A stretch of 64,000 nucleotides of DNA from Nageia nagi (Eukaryota > Plantae > Pinophyta): assembly GCA_050084985.1 (NCBI GenBank), contig JBITNC010000001.1:17980001-18044000 (forward strand), given 5' to 3'. This document shows positions 38,486-51,300 of this stretch, one piece after another. Numbering within the stretch: position 1 is the stretch's first letter; each line of letters begins with the position of its first letter. Both the position numbers and the translations under genes were made by a program. The notes under the pieces were generated by a model. That model had not been told where the DNA came from and searched no databases. It saw only the letters and a list, made by a program, of their open reading frames with translations.

Positions 38486-38775
38486 CAGCAAATGGTACTG
38501 TTCTCAATGGTTGAGCTTGCTCATAAAAGGATACATGAGGCTACTGCTCTTAAAAAGATAGATATTGGAACTGCAAGGTGGCCGAGTATTGCTGTGACTA
38601 AGGGTGCTTCTGATATGGTGTTAACTGATGATAATTTTGCCTCCATTGTTATTGCAGTTGCAAAAGAGAGGGCCATATACAATAATACTAAACAGTTCAC
38701 TGCTATATGATTTATTCAAACATTGAAGTAGTGTGTATATTTGTAGAGGCAATCCTTGGAATGCGAGACTTGTCA
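38486..38775 (+). pseudogene. ECA3: Captured fragment of P2A-type Ca2+/Mn2+-ATPase (ECA3-like)
   Basis: QQMVLFSMVELAHKR..ALKKIDIG..AVTKGASDMVLTDDNFASIVIAVAKERAIYNNTKQF then YMIYSNIEVVCIFVEAILGM. RAIYNNTKQF and VVCIFV are diagnostic of ECA3 rather than ECA1. Confidence 0.85.
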
Positions 38776-39127
38776 ACAGAAACATTTTCAGAAGATTATC
38801 AAGGTGAAAAACGACTATGGCAGAGGAAATGAAGGTTTTCTGATTCTGATTTGAAGACAGCAATGGGATTCCAAAGAAATGTCATTGCTGCATCATGTAA
38901 AACAGGTTTACATGCAGCATGGCACAAGTGTCTAAAGTATGAACGGCAGACCTCTGCATTGGCTGTGCCCAACTTGTCAACCTCAGCTAATCAAAACAGT
39001 GTTATCACAAAATACTTGGTGAGATGGAAGGGTTTGCCAGCAGAAGATGCCACTTGGGAAGGACCTGAAATCCTTGCACATCATACTTTGAATTGCTTGA
39101 GAACAAGCAATTCGGGAGGGGCAGACT

Positions 39128-39989
39128 TGTAATGTCCCCATTTTTGGCATCCCTTTCATGTAATGTACTTAAATGTTTGACTTGGTCAACATGGAGTGGG
39201 GCATCCCCCTTGTGGGAATAGATAGGTGTGTTTTTATTATAAATAGGTGTGTTTTTTATAAATAATAATGAAGCATCATAATGTCTTGTTTTCAGTGCCA
39301 TGTTTGAGATCTCAAGGAGAAATTAGAAGATCCTAAAAGGGACACCCAGCTATAAAGAGGAGCGTCCCACTTTGAGGGATGCTTTTGGACTTCAATTGGA
39401 GAAAGCAGCTGGATCAGTTGTTTTCCCTTTCCTGTGGATGATACCCTACAAAAGCAAGATCTAGAGGACAAAAACTCTTGAGATCTCCATTGATGGATCC
39501 ATCCTGGGTTCACATTTGAGCTTACTAGTATTTTCTGCATTCTGATCTGAGTTTTCTAAGGCCCATAGTCAAACGTCCATCCTTGGGAGAATCAGATTAC
39601 AGTCTTGAGGCATTCCAACCCTGCCCATACTCAGACACCCACCAGTTTAAAGGTTTGGAAGCAATTTGTGAGCATTCAACACCAGGATTTGTGCCCTAGA
39701 AGCCCAACAACCAGCCTTGAAGACGGTTTGGTGCATTTCACATCAGATCTGTAATTTGCAGCATTTTGATAGTATTTCTGCTTTGATTTGCGCTGTACTA
39801 AATTTTCTGAATAAATAAAGCTTGGTGTTGTGTTGGATCTGCAAATTTTGTGTGCAAAATACCTAGATCTGATTTGGTTTGCTTAGATCTGTATTTTTCT
39901 TTCAATATTATTTCAGATCTGCAATTTAAGGCTTGAGTTTTAGTAGATATACATGCGTAGGGTTTGTATTTCAGTTTAGGCACATTACA
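39128..39989 (+). repeat. 3' LTR of element D (862 bp)
   Basis: Homologous to 34107-35015. Confidence 0.93.
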
Positions 39990-42900
39990 CCGCACCATCA
40001 TGATTGGTCACATGTTGGCCAAGTTATATGTCACAATCATTGAGGAGTACATTACACAAATGGCCAATGTCAGAGGGTTCCGAGCAAGAGGGCAGGCAGG
40101 CTGTCATAGAGACCAAAACACCACCAACCATATTTTTACTCTCAAAGCGATCCTTGAGGAGGCTAGATTCCGGAAGTCACAAATCTTTTGTTGTTTTGTG
40201 GACTTCGGGAAGGCCTTTAACTACATTCCTCAACAAAGGCTCGTGTATCGACTTCGATGATTGGGAGTGTCGGAGATGGGACTCTTAGCCATATTGACTT
40301 TGTATGAGACTCTTTCAGGTTGGGTTCGTACCTCTACGGGTGAAGTAGGGTTGCCCTTTCTCCCTGATTTTATTTGATCTTTACATTGATGCGCTGAAGT
40401 CCTTTATCAAAGAGACCACAGATCCCGAGTTAGGTTTCCTTCTCTATGACAGCCACTGCCCATCCTAATTTTTGTTGATGATATTGTGCTACTTTCCCAG
40501 TCAATGGAGGGAATATAGGGCTTGACAAACGCTTTGGATGCTTTCAATGCTAGACAGGAGCTTGTGGTGAACCTTAGCAAGACTAGGGTAGCAACTTTAA
40601 TGTATCGAAGGCCACACTAGACCAGATCCAAATTACCTTCTACAGTAATACCATTGAGACCACCTCCTTTTATACATATTTGGGGGTGCTCTTTTTGGGC
40701 CCCAGGTTCTCCATGAGGACAACCCCTCCCAGGGTCTGTCAAGGTTATGTGGCAGTATCCACCTCAGAGAGACAATGCATCCAACTACACTTTCAAGACA
40801 TCCGGTCCAAGTTAGAGCTATTCCAGACTTTGGTCATACCCACAGTGCTATATGGGATTGAGGTTTGGGGTTCTTGCTTGGGAGAAGTAGATTGGACCAC
40901 GATAGAGAGAATTTTGTTCACCTTTCTATCCCATTTTATTTGGAGTAAGATGGCAGTCCCACACCTTATCATACTTGCGGAGTTCAATTGTCAGCCTCTT
41001 TAGATCTGGGCCATTGCTTCCATAGTCCTCTTCCTCTATCGCCTTCAAACTCTATCAGATTGAAGAGGCAATATAGCTAGATTTCCTATGAGAGCTTTGG
41101 CTTTCTCGATTGATCTAGCTACATAGGGTTATCATTGATGTTGGTTTGCTGAGGTTATAGAGATGCTCCAGAGATTTGGTTTCTCCAAATAGATTACCTT
41201 TACTGTTAAAGGACTCACACAAAACCTCAATGAATTATGTTTGTGATTTGAGAGACGATCTGCAGGGCCTTCATCCAAACCACTTGGGTTTTTCCTCTTC
41301 ACTAGTTGACACCCAAGTTCGATTGTTATGCATAACATTATCTCCAGATCGACAAAGGTTTGATCCCTCCACCTGGCAACATCATTCTACATCTCCCGCT
41401 TTGATTGAGGATGTCCCTTGGACAATTTAGAGTTTTCTCTCACCATCTAAGGATTGAGACAAACCACCACATATCCCAAGATCTTTGAGTCTATTGTCTT
41501 TGTTCTTTGGAGCTTGATTCCGAAGACCATTTTGTATTTCGATGCTCGATCTACTATGAGATCTGCAATGGATACCACTATCTTCCGAGATTCACACAAC
41601 TCTTTAGCTATGCTACGTTCCTCCAATACCCAGATCAGCATTGCTTAGCTCTTTATTTTTGAGAGAAATTCCTTCTACAAAGACGCCTTCTATCTTGCGT
41701 CCAACAACATATTGAGGATCGACGTATTACATCATTTTTTCGAGCCTCTTCTCCTGAGGGGGCTTATAGGAGACGATGAGATGATCATCCACACCCCTTA
41801 AATAGTACCAAGAGGTGTATTCAGGGCGCTCAAGTTTCGTTGAGGACCTGGAAAATTACATGCTTCTTCTTTTCTAGCAGCAGTACCTTGGACTTACCCC
41901 CCCGAGTCCAGTGTGATCACTCCCCGAGGCAAAGAGCATGGCCATATTCTCCCCTCGAAGAGGTCCATGACGACCTCCCTTTGGATAATTCTGATTTTGT
42001 TCCTCCACCTCTTTAGGGTTTGGATCTTTTGTACGGTTGTATTTGCTTATGCTCTCTTTTATGCTTTATTTAGGTGATGCCTAGTAGGGGCTTTGTTGGT
42101 TTCCTACACATGTTTGTACTTACTAGTCCCATTGACCACTTTTGGTCACCCAAGGACATTAATATACTTTCCTTCTTTTCTTTCTTGATAACCACACGAC
42201 TGAGAATATTAAGCATAACATTGATTACTCAAACTCTGTTGTAGTTGTCATGCAAAGTCAAGAGTCCTTTCTTTGAGATGGAAATTAAAATAGCTGCATT
42301 AACCAGGAATGCTACCAAATTTGAAGGACTGTTGACTATTGTTGATAACCTCAATAAAAGCTTCTGCAACAGCACTTCCTCAAGTGGTAAGGCTCAAGAT
42401 TCAAAACGAGGCAGCACATTTGCCATCTCTAAAAGACAAACACTTGCAATGGAATCTATTTCTACCCAAAGTCTAATCATGTCAACTCTGAATTATATGA
42501 CATTATCTGCTTTGGGAAACGATTAAGATGTTTACTTAATAAAGATTCTGTCATTTTTATTAATGTCTGAACCATCATAGCTATAGTTTTTTGTCAAATT
42601 TGACACTGATTACAAGGATGGGCTTTCTGTAAGAGGTGCAAGATACATCATGCATTTAATATAAGACACTACTAATGGCTCTAAACATCAAACATAAGCA
42701 CTTTTAATTATCTACTCACACATATCAACTTCATTAGGACAAAAAACATGGATCAGATTCCAACTGTGCCCTGTATAGTTTAAAAAAATAATGGAAACAC
42801 TAAAATAGCAGAACTTATCCAGGCATCATACATGCTAAATAATTCACAATCAGAGAAAGCAGATAAAAAAAGCACAATAAAAGAAACTTGCATGTTAACT

Positions 42901-42996
42901 ATCAGTGGATCAGTAATTTGTTCAATTTAAAAGTTAAATGTATAAAAAATTGACTTAATACATAGAAAAGCCTACCCTGTATCTCAACTGGCATTG

Positions 42997-44144
42997 TCAT
43001 CGTTTCAATTTTGCTTTCATTCTCTCAACAGCCTTTTTCAATGTGTCTTCATCTTTGGCAAATGTAAATCTTACCATGTTTTTGCCATCATTGGGGTCCA
43101 AGTAGAATACACTGGTTGGTATGGCAACAACACCTACATTTTCAATTAGATGCTTGCAAAAATCAATGTCCCTGTCAAAGCCAAATGGAGTGTGATCAAC
43201 CATTACAAAGTAAGTGCCTGGTGAATCATAGACAATGAAGCCCACGTCTTTCAAACCATCCACTAAAATCTCCTTCTTAGCCCTGTAATCTTTCTCGAGT
43301 TCTTGATAATAAGAGTCTGGAGCCTGCAGAGCAGTCACAGCTGCCCATTGCATAGGGGTTGATGTGGCAAAGGTCAGAAATGAATGTGCTTGCCTCACTC
43401 CCCATGTTAGATGAGGAGGTGCAATTGCCCAACCAATCTTCCAGCCTGTTAAAGAAAATGTTTTGCCCAAGGAGTTCATTGTGACAGTTCTCTCATACAT
43501 TCCTGGAAGTGAAGCCATGGAAATGTGTTCTCCTTCAAAAACCAACTTATCATACACCTCATCAGTAAAGGCCCAGGTATCATTCTCAATGCAGAGTGAA
43601 GCTATAAGATCTAGCTCTTTCCGAGAAAACATCTTTCCAGTGGGTTGTGTGGAGTGTTGATCATAATGGCCCGTGTCTTTTTGGAGAAGGCCTCACGAAG
43701 CTCCTTTTCAGGCACTGCAAAGTCAGGTGGCCTCAATGTTACAGTCTTAATTTTGGCTTCTGACATTGATAAAGTTGCTTCATATGAATCATAGAATGGG
43801 GCAAAAAGGATCACTTCGTCTCCTGGATTGATCAAACCCAACATAGTTGCAGCAATGGCCTCTGTGCATCCAGAAGTAACAGTTACTTCTTTCTCAGGAT
43901 CAATTGTCAAACCGGTATCCTTTTTAAATCTTGCAGCCACTGCAGAATTTAGCTCTGAGACACCATAACCACGTGCATATTGATTTTTGCCTTCTTTTAT
44001 TGCCTGAATAGCAGCCTCCTTGACAAATTCAGGACCATCGAAATTTGGGAAACCTTGACCAAGATTTATAGCTTGATGTTTCACAGCCAGGCTGCTCATT
44101 TGTGTAAAAATTGTGGTCTTAAATTTCTCCAAGCGGTGAGATAC
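42997..44144 (-). CDS. GTK: Exon 2 of PLP-dependent aminotransferase class I/II (glutamine transaminase K / kynurenine aminotransferase-like, At1g77670 family); 1-nt frameshift at about 43643
   Basis: Acceptor TTGTAG|GTATCT at 44145/44144; VSHRLEKFKTTIFTQMS, INLGQGFPNFDGP, NTPHNP(TG), DEVYDKL, SLGKTFSLTGWKIG (PLP lysine), VRFTFAK; stop TGA at 42999-42997. Exon length 1148 nt is one short of a multiple of 3. Confidence 0.93.
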
Positions 44145-47100
44145 CTACAATTGACATTCAGCCACATAAGATAACAAAAATTTCAGTGGGAATGCCTTTC
44201 AAAGTTTCAAGGAATATCTAGTTAAGAAGCTAAAAAATACATAGTTAAGAGTAACTACACTTTCAAGATATTCAACAGGATATTACTGAAATCATAGTTG
44301 AATTGTCAATGATGGCTAATATTACACCAACATTTGCTTTCATGGTAAACAAATTTGTATCAAAAAATACATCTTTAACTTATTTGACAAGGATGCAGTA
44401 CGGATTGGAAACTATTCACTTAAGGAAAGTAGAAAAAAATGTACACAAACAGAGAAACTAATACTTGTTATTAAAATCTGGCACGTCTAAAAATTAAGTC
44501 AACATGGAAAGAGCTTGACCATAGAGGAATGTAAGCACATTATTAAATGGAATCCAAGTCTAGCCAAGCTTTGCACTTGACTATCATCTTCTAGTGATAC
44601 TTGGGCAAGGTGTAAGCAATTGGATGTGAAGTAAATTACTGACATCTTTGAACATCAAAGAAAAAGGCATTTCAAATTGGTCACGAAATTTCAACAAAGT
44701 CAATAGAAAGTGAATAATTCATTCTTAACCATTGCTTATTGTCCTCATCCATAGTATTTGTATAACATTCTAAATTTTTTACAAGATTCTTGTATGCTAA
44801 AATTGGAGAACAGAAGGATTATATGTAAATTGAAAAGGGTATTAAAAGATGTCTATGTTATTGCAGATGAAGTTCACATCCTCTGAATTTGTCTACTTTT
44901 GATATCCTCCAGGCTCTTTCCAATCTGGAAAGAAACCTATGCAATTATTCCCAATTGAATATGTCTCTTATATATTACTATCATATTCATTAAGTGTAAA
45001 AGGTTTTAGAAAAATTGGTAAGATTTACAACATTTTGGCATCAATATAACAGTTCATTTTTTAATAATCAATTCAGTGAAAAAGTGATCATAGCGGTAAC
45101 TGTTGTTAATTTTGAATGTATCAAATATGAATATCAATGTTGTCTAGCATAAGTAAATATTGGACACATGCAATATATTTATGGATTTCAAAGCGGATCT
45201 CTTATCAATATATTCTAATAATATCAGTTTGTCATGTACACTGAGTAGTTACAAATAATCAATTTTTATAAATTGGAAGCATGAAAAGTTGATGAATATG
45301 TCTCACATGTATTGCTGCTTGTCGTTTATTTATAAAATTTCAATGTGGGGAATGTGAGGTTAGCATCAGCCAATATATAAATTTATATAGAATTCCTCCA
45401 TTTCAATAGATAATATCCATTGTATTAATCTCTGGCCTATTCCTCTTTATCAAGTGGTCAGCATGTAACAATGCAAGTTGTCTAATGAATGAGAAATGTC
45501 ACTGAAATCATCTGGTTTGCAGTTAACAACAAGATATCAACTCAAGATAAACTGCAAGAAGGGTATTTGAAAGACCATCATGGGACTGCCTCTTTATAAA
45601 GAGTGACTAAATGTTCATATGTTAATGGAATGTGAATATACAAGGTACATATAGAGAAAACTATCAATCTGGACAAACTTTGGATGGTGCATGCCAAGAA
45701 AATTGGACAAACACTATGTTGTCCTAGATGTGACACTAAGAAAGAGGGTGAATCAGTGTGTTTCATAATTTTAACTTAGCTATGTAAATTATTTGCAACT
45801 CAGCTAATCTGATAGTGAATAGCAAACAAACAATCACAACACCAAGATTTATAGTGGAAACCCAATGTGGGTAAAAACCATTGTGCCAAATGGGTTGTTT
45901 GATCTACCAATCAAATCCAACCTTGAAAGTGTTTGGTCTTTACAACTTTGACAGCACCCACTGCTAGAATTAGCTATTACTAACCCTTATAATCTGCAGC
46001 ACTCATTGCAAAGGCTCCAACCTCTAATCAAGCACCAACTTGAACTTCAAACATATTACCAAATACAACATAAACACATGCCTTCACTGATACAGAACTT
46101 TTTTGCAAGAATGCAAGTTCCAAAGCACAAATATTCGAATCAAATCTGCATAAACATACCCTCTGCTCTATTCTCTTCAATGCAGCTCAACGACATTCAA
46201 CTCAATAATCTTCTGCAGCTCAAAGATGTTCAGTCCAATAACATTCTACAGCTAAACTCCTTTTTCTTTTCACCTCAACTTCCAACAGTCAACAATCTGG
46301 TCTCTACCAACTTTACCTCAACATTCTTCTTTTCCTTTCTCTGCAACACTTCTGTTGTGACTAGCACAACATGCCCCACAATCTCGCGATTTTGGAGACC
46401 CAAGTACTTCACCCATGTTTCATCGTATAAAACCTAGAACTTCACATACCTGGATATTGCACTCATCATCCCGTTTAGAATTGAGTATCAAGCTTTCCCC
46501 TAGTAGTCTAAGTCTAAAATTTCCTAGAGAATGACTACATCTGGAAATAGGAATTCGAAATTAGGTGAAAATACGGAACCCAAGTCAAGTTTGAAGCAAA
46601 GCAAAGTGGAGTGTAGCCTCCAAGAGGCCAGTGCATGTCTCCAAAAGACAAGTCTTTGATTTTTTTTTGGCATGCACCAAGAGGAAGGAGCCTTCTAGGA
46701 CAAGTTCGAGGTCAAATCAACCAAGCGCAAGACACCAAGAAGTTGGCATACGAGATAAAAAAGACAAAATTATAACTTTATTTGGCATGCGCCAGACCAA
46801 ATGGGCCACCTGAGAAAAGAACAAAGGGTGAAAGTGCAAATTGGGCTTCCCAGAGACCCAACGCATAACTCAAAAAGTCATGATTGTGTCTTTTTGGGGC
46901 ATGTGCCAACCAGTAAAAGAAGCACAGGTTGAGGTCAGGGCAAAATTTGGGAAAGTGAAGCACCCAAGAAGCTTGCGCTAGGGTCTTGAGCAAGAAGGTA
47001 TTTTGGAGGTGGACATTTGGCTAAGGCATAGAAGAAGACATCAAGTTGCACCTATGTCCACCACTCAGGCGACCCAATGCATGACTCAAAAAGTAATGTA

Positions 47101-48017
47101 TGTGACTTTTTGAATGATGCTCCAAGATCAAACATGCATCCAAGGCTAGCGCATGAGTTCAAAAGACAAAGAGGTGACTTTTTTTGGCATGCGCTAAGCC
47201 AAGGAGGAGGTCTAACTTGTTTCGGAGATGAAAATTAGCCAAGTCTTGTGCATAAAATTCTAAAATCAAGTCAAATTGGGAAAAGGAAGGCTAGCACATG
47301 ACACAAAAAGACAAGATTGTCACTTTATCTGGCATGCACCCAAACTGGAGAGACAAGCAAGCCTAGCACATGAAAAAGAAAAGACAAGATGGTGACTTTT
47401 CTGGTATGCGCCAAGTTTGGGAGGGCTCCAGGAATGTTTCAAAGTGAAATTTTGAGGAGAATGGCTCCAAGAAAAGGTGAAATCACAAAGAAATTGAAGC
47501 TAGAAGGTTGGCGCAGGGGTAAGAGAGGCAAGTTGAAGGACAAGCAGGCTTGCGTAGGGTCCCATAAAGCCCCTAGACTTGGCGCATGAGGAAAAAAGGC
47601 AAAATGATGATTTTTTTTGGCATGCACCAGCCCAGAAGACCTCCCTAAACCCCACGTTGGACCCCCAAGTGATAATTTGTGAATTCCTAGCACGCATGCA
47701 TCCCTAGGTCAGCCAAATTGGAGGGATTGGATTATTTTACCTCCATTTTGCCTAATCCTAGCTGACTAGGGTTTTGAGAAACCTAATTTTTGCTATATAA
47801 AGGTGACAAATGTGCTCATTTCTCTAAATCCAAATATTTCTGCTCTTCCATTTTTGCACCAAGGAGGAGTAGAAGAATTAGGGCATCATTTCGAAATTAT
47901 CATCCACTCAAGCTTGTGTGGGAGTCCAAGAGGAACTAGGGCATCATTTCGAATTCTCTTCAAACCAAGCTTGTGTGGGACTTCAAGAGGGCATTAGTCA
48001 AATCACACACCTCCGAA

Positions 48018-51000
48018 ATGGCAGCTTCAAGGAGTGATGCGGCCAAGGAGTATGCCAAGGAATTGGAGTGACTAAGGAGAGATAGCATCATAGACATGTT
48101 CATGAGGGAAGAGGCCTTGTATCAAGGGGCCAAGTTCACCAAAAATGGATTCGCCACCATTGGGGACATGGATAGGCAAAACATTGATCTGTTCCAAGTG
48201 AGGGCGAAAATCAAGAAGATAGACCCCAAGGTTTTGAAGCGAGACATCTTGTTCTTTTTGAGCCTCATGACAACTACGACCATTCCCTTTGAAGTCCCAT
48301 TCCCTGAGTTGTGCGTGGAAGTGAGTCAACATTGGAAGATTGGTGAGAGGGTGCTTTGAGACATTAATGGAGAAGTCGTCATGGATTTTAACCCAGAAGC
48401 GTTGAAGAGTGCACTTCAGTGGACAAGTGAAGAAGACTATGAGTACAACAAAGCAAAATCACTAGCCCTTTACCAAGCCACCAAAAAGTTGGCAAACATG
48501 ATCAAGGATTAGAAATTTGAAGAACATCATGAATTGAAGGGCAATGCTCTCATCAATGCTAAGCGCAACAACTTTCTCCCCATTGTCGACAAGATGATCA
48601 GCATGTTGTCCCGAGTGCTAGGCAAGGAAGACAATAGCAAATTCAAGGAGTTCTTCGGCTTCATCAAGATGATTAGCAAAGGGAAGAGAATCAAGTGAAG
48701 TAAGGTCATCAGTGACACCCTCGTTGATCACCTATCGTCGATTAGTACCACCAAGAAGTTTTACATGAACTCTTATCTGGTGTACTTGCTACCCCATGGC
48801 AAGTATAGACCTACGTCTCTTGGTGAGGAGACCATGACACAAGAAGGGAGTCATGCGGTTTGGAAGTGTTACCCCAATGGAGAGTCGACAAGAAATGGAA
48901 TAGCTACTTCATGAGGAATGACGGCTAGGAGAATGAAATCTACAAAGAGTTAAAAGGAGAAGTCTCAATCTCATGGATCTCCAACTCGAAAAAAGATGCA
49001 CTTAAAAGATATGGGGACTTCTTTCTTCAAACCCATCATTTCTCCTATATCCGAATTTATGGGTCTTCCATGAAGCCCTACCAGTTGCCTAGGTATGTCA
49101 ACAATAGGCTAATCTTGATGGAGATTATGAGGCGATTCGCATACTTGCATGAGCATGTATGGCAGAAGAAATCGGCCACTACCAACCTACCAATCATAAT
49201 GGAAGAGTACCAGTGTCAATTCTGGGCAAATGTGGATACCATGAAGGAAGAACTTGAGAAGTTCGATTTCAAAATCATAAGTAAAGCTGACCACTATTAT
49301 TCAGATCACAAGATTCACAATTTCTTCATGAAGAAGCAAAAGAAGGCATACAATCACAAGTCACTTGGAAGTGAAGAGTTGTTTAGAAATGTGAGTAGTG
49401 AGTCTGAGATGAAGAGAATCCATGCTCAATTGCATGGTGAGGCAAGAACAATGCAAAAAATGGTGGAAGAGAGGATAGATAGATCCTTGGCATCTAACAC
49501 GAGGAAAAGGCAAGAAGAGTTCACTTCACAGGTCACTCAATACCCTTTGGACAATGAGGAACAAGTAGGACAGTATGCTTCTATGCGTGGAGGTCACCCA
49601 GTAGATAGGGTCATGAAACAAGAAAACAGTTGGTGAACCCATATTGGAAGAGTTGGAGGCAATAGCTATGGACAAGAGGACGAGATGTGTAAGGAATGCG
49701 ATAGAAAATCCATCACCCATAGACCACCCTATCAAAAGGACAACTCAACCTCCTACTTCAGCAGTACCATCACCCGACTACCCATCTTCTTCACCACTAT
49801 ACGAAGTACCGAATGAGGATGAGGCGAATGATCAAGCCGACGAGGAACAAGTAGAGAGTCAACTCACCCTATGGATGTAGAACAAGAAGAGAAATCACTA
49901 GAGATATTAGGCGAGAGGCCTAAGCCCCCACCTTCAAACCCTTCCTCATCCAAGAGAAAAGGGAAGAGTCATATCTCACAAGAGGCACCAAGGAGAGTGC
50001 AACAAACAAAGACACCACGCCCATAGTAGTTGATTGAAAGAGGTGATGAAGAGCATTCGAGAGAGGAGATAAGGCAACCAAAGTGACAAAGGTTAGATGT
50101 AGTGACCACTCAAGAGCCCATTACGGAGACATATCAACCTACAAGCAGAAACAAATGGGGTATAGATGTGGATGAATGCCTTGACGTCTTCAGGATGGAT
50201 GTGGGAGATGAATTTGAAGACCCCAATGAAGATCACCTAGTAGGAGAGACTTCCACTCAACCTGGAAAGAGCTAGACTTATGTTCACATGACCGACAATG
50301 CAATACATATCAAGACAGTATATGCTAACAAGGCAAACCCTCAGAATCAAGGAGACGTAAAGCAAATCAACCAGATAATCAAGATGGGGCCAATTGGGAT
50401 TGTAGAAAGAAAACATTCCATCATAGCCCAACACATATGCCATGACAAAGGATGGGTTGCAAAAAGAAAAAGAAATCAAGAGCTTGAAGAACAAATTGGC
50501 CACCCAGAAGAGATTCATGAGGGAGATAGAGATGGCTAGGATGACCCCCAATGAGCTCAGGAAGCAAGTACCATTGAAAGAGGGTCTAGTGGCAATCAAA
50601 GAGAAGTTGATCGATGAAGTCATTAAGGTGGTAGCGCGATTTGTAGAAGTCCTTCGAAAGGTTTCCATAGAAGAAGAAAAAGTGAAGGGGTTCTTGACAA
50701 ATAGAGTTGAGTTTCTTCAGCAATTGGAGGAACAAAGAGTTATTACAAGATCTCTACCAGCAACAATGGATAGTCAAGTAGATGTCAATTTCTGTAGGGA
50801 ATATTGGTTCCATGTGGGGTGGTTACGACAATCAAGATCTTGGTGTCAAGAATTGAGCAAGGAGTTGTTGAAGGTAAAAGATAAGGTACACTCTCGAATG
50901 GAGGCAATGCAGTATGAAAGTTCCTCAAAGAAGATGATGTGATCAGAGAGGCCAATGAAGTGGCCACAGAGGTGAAACACTTGATTAAGGGTTTGCTTTT

Positions 51001-51300
51001 GACAAATGATGTAAATGCTTATCAGACCAGGAGCCATGCTAAGCATATGATGAAGGTGTATGCCAGAAAACTAGAGATGGAGCAAACCGTTCACAAGGTG
51101 GACGACTTCATTGTGAAGAACAAGGAAGCACGCAGTGAGATAGTCTATGGATTGAAGGGATTGAAGCTCGTCACAAGATGGAGCAAACCGTTCACAAGGT
51201 GGACGACTTCATTGTGAAGAACAAGGAAGCATGCAGTGAGATAGTCTATGGATTGAAGCTCGTCACAAGATACTTGGATGATGATTTCGAAGACCACATT
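48018..51300 (+). pseudogene. Degenerate retroelement accessory ORF (unknown function) with acidic linker and coiled-coil C-terminus
   Basis: ATG GCA GCT at 48018; collinear ORF pieces 48096, 49070, 49644, 50442 and 50939; motifs KFYMNSYLVYLL and FSYIRIYGSSMKPYQLPRYVNNRLILME. Confidence 0.6.
51075..51271 (+). repeat. Near-perfect about 100-bp tandem duplication
   Basis: AGATGGAGCAAACCGTTCACAAGGTGGACGAC...CTCGTCACA x2, with AGAT junction microhomology. Confidence 0.9.

Larger units (their letters stand above)
34107..39989 (+). mobile_element. Non-autonomous chromovirus-derived LTR retroelement carrying captured host gene fragments, element D
   Basis: LTRs 34107-35015 and 39128-39989 (TGTAATGTCCCC..CACATTACA); TSD CTGCA/CCGCA (one mismatch); PBS TGGTATTAAAGC at 35017; PPT GGGAGGGGCAGAC; chromodomain YLVRWKGLPAEDATWEG at about 39010-39063; no RT/RH/INT core. 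Confidence 0.93.
33600..42186 (+). mobile_element. 5'-truncated RTE-like LINE, copy 2, interrupted by element D (34107-39989)
   Basis: LLRTKKHHF and NLQGEFLKHAK before the insertion; PSNY(C/R)|TIMIGHMLAKLY is split exactly by element D; CFVDFGKAF, LIFVDDIVLL and PTVLYGIEVWG after it; 3' end homologous to copy 1 with a TTTC-rich tail at about 42165-42186. Confidence 0.9.

Noticed and set aside
36625-38775. Annotating these ORFs as genuine host genes (TWD40-2, MMS19, ECA3)
   Set aside because: They are partial, frameshifted, fused to one another and enclosed by an LTR pair with TSD, so they are TE cargo
42245-42526. 93-aa plus-strand ORF downstream of the aminotransferase
   Set aside because: Non-ATG start, no recognisable motif and no clear splice signals
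42997-44132. Two separate aminotransferase genes, or an intron between the two ORFs
   Set aside because: The ORFs overlap and are collinear with one protein; a single missing base explains the split, and there is no room for an intron
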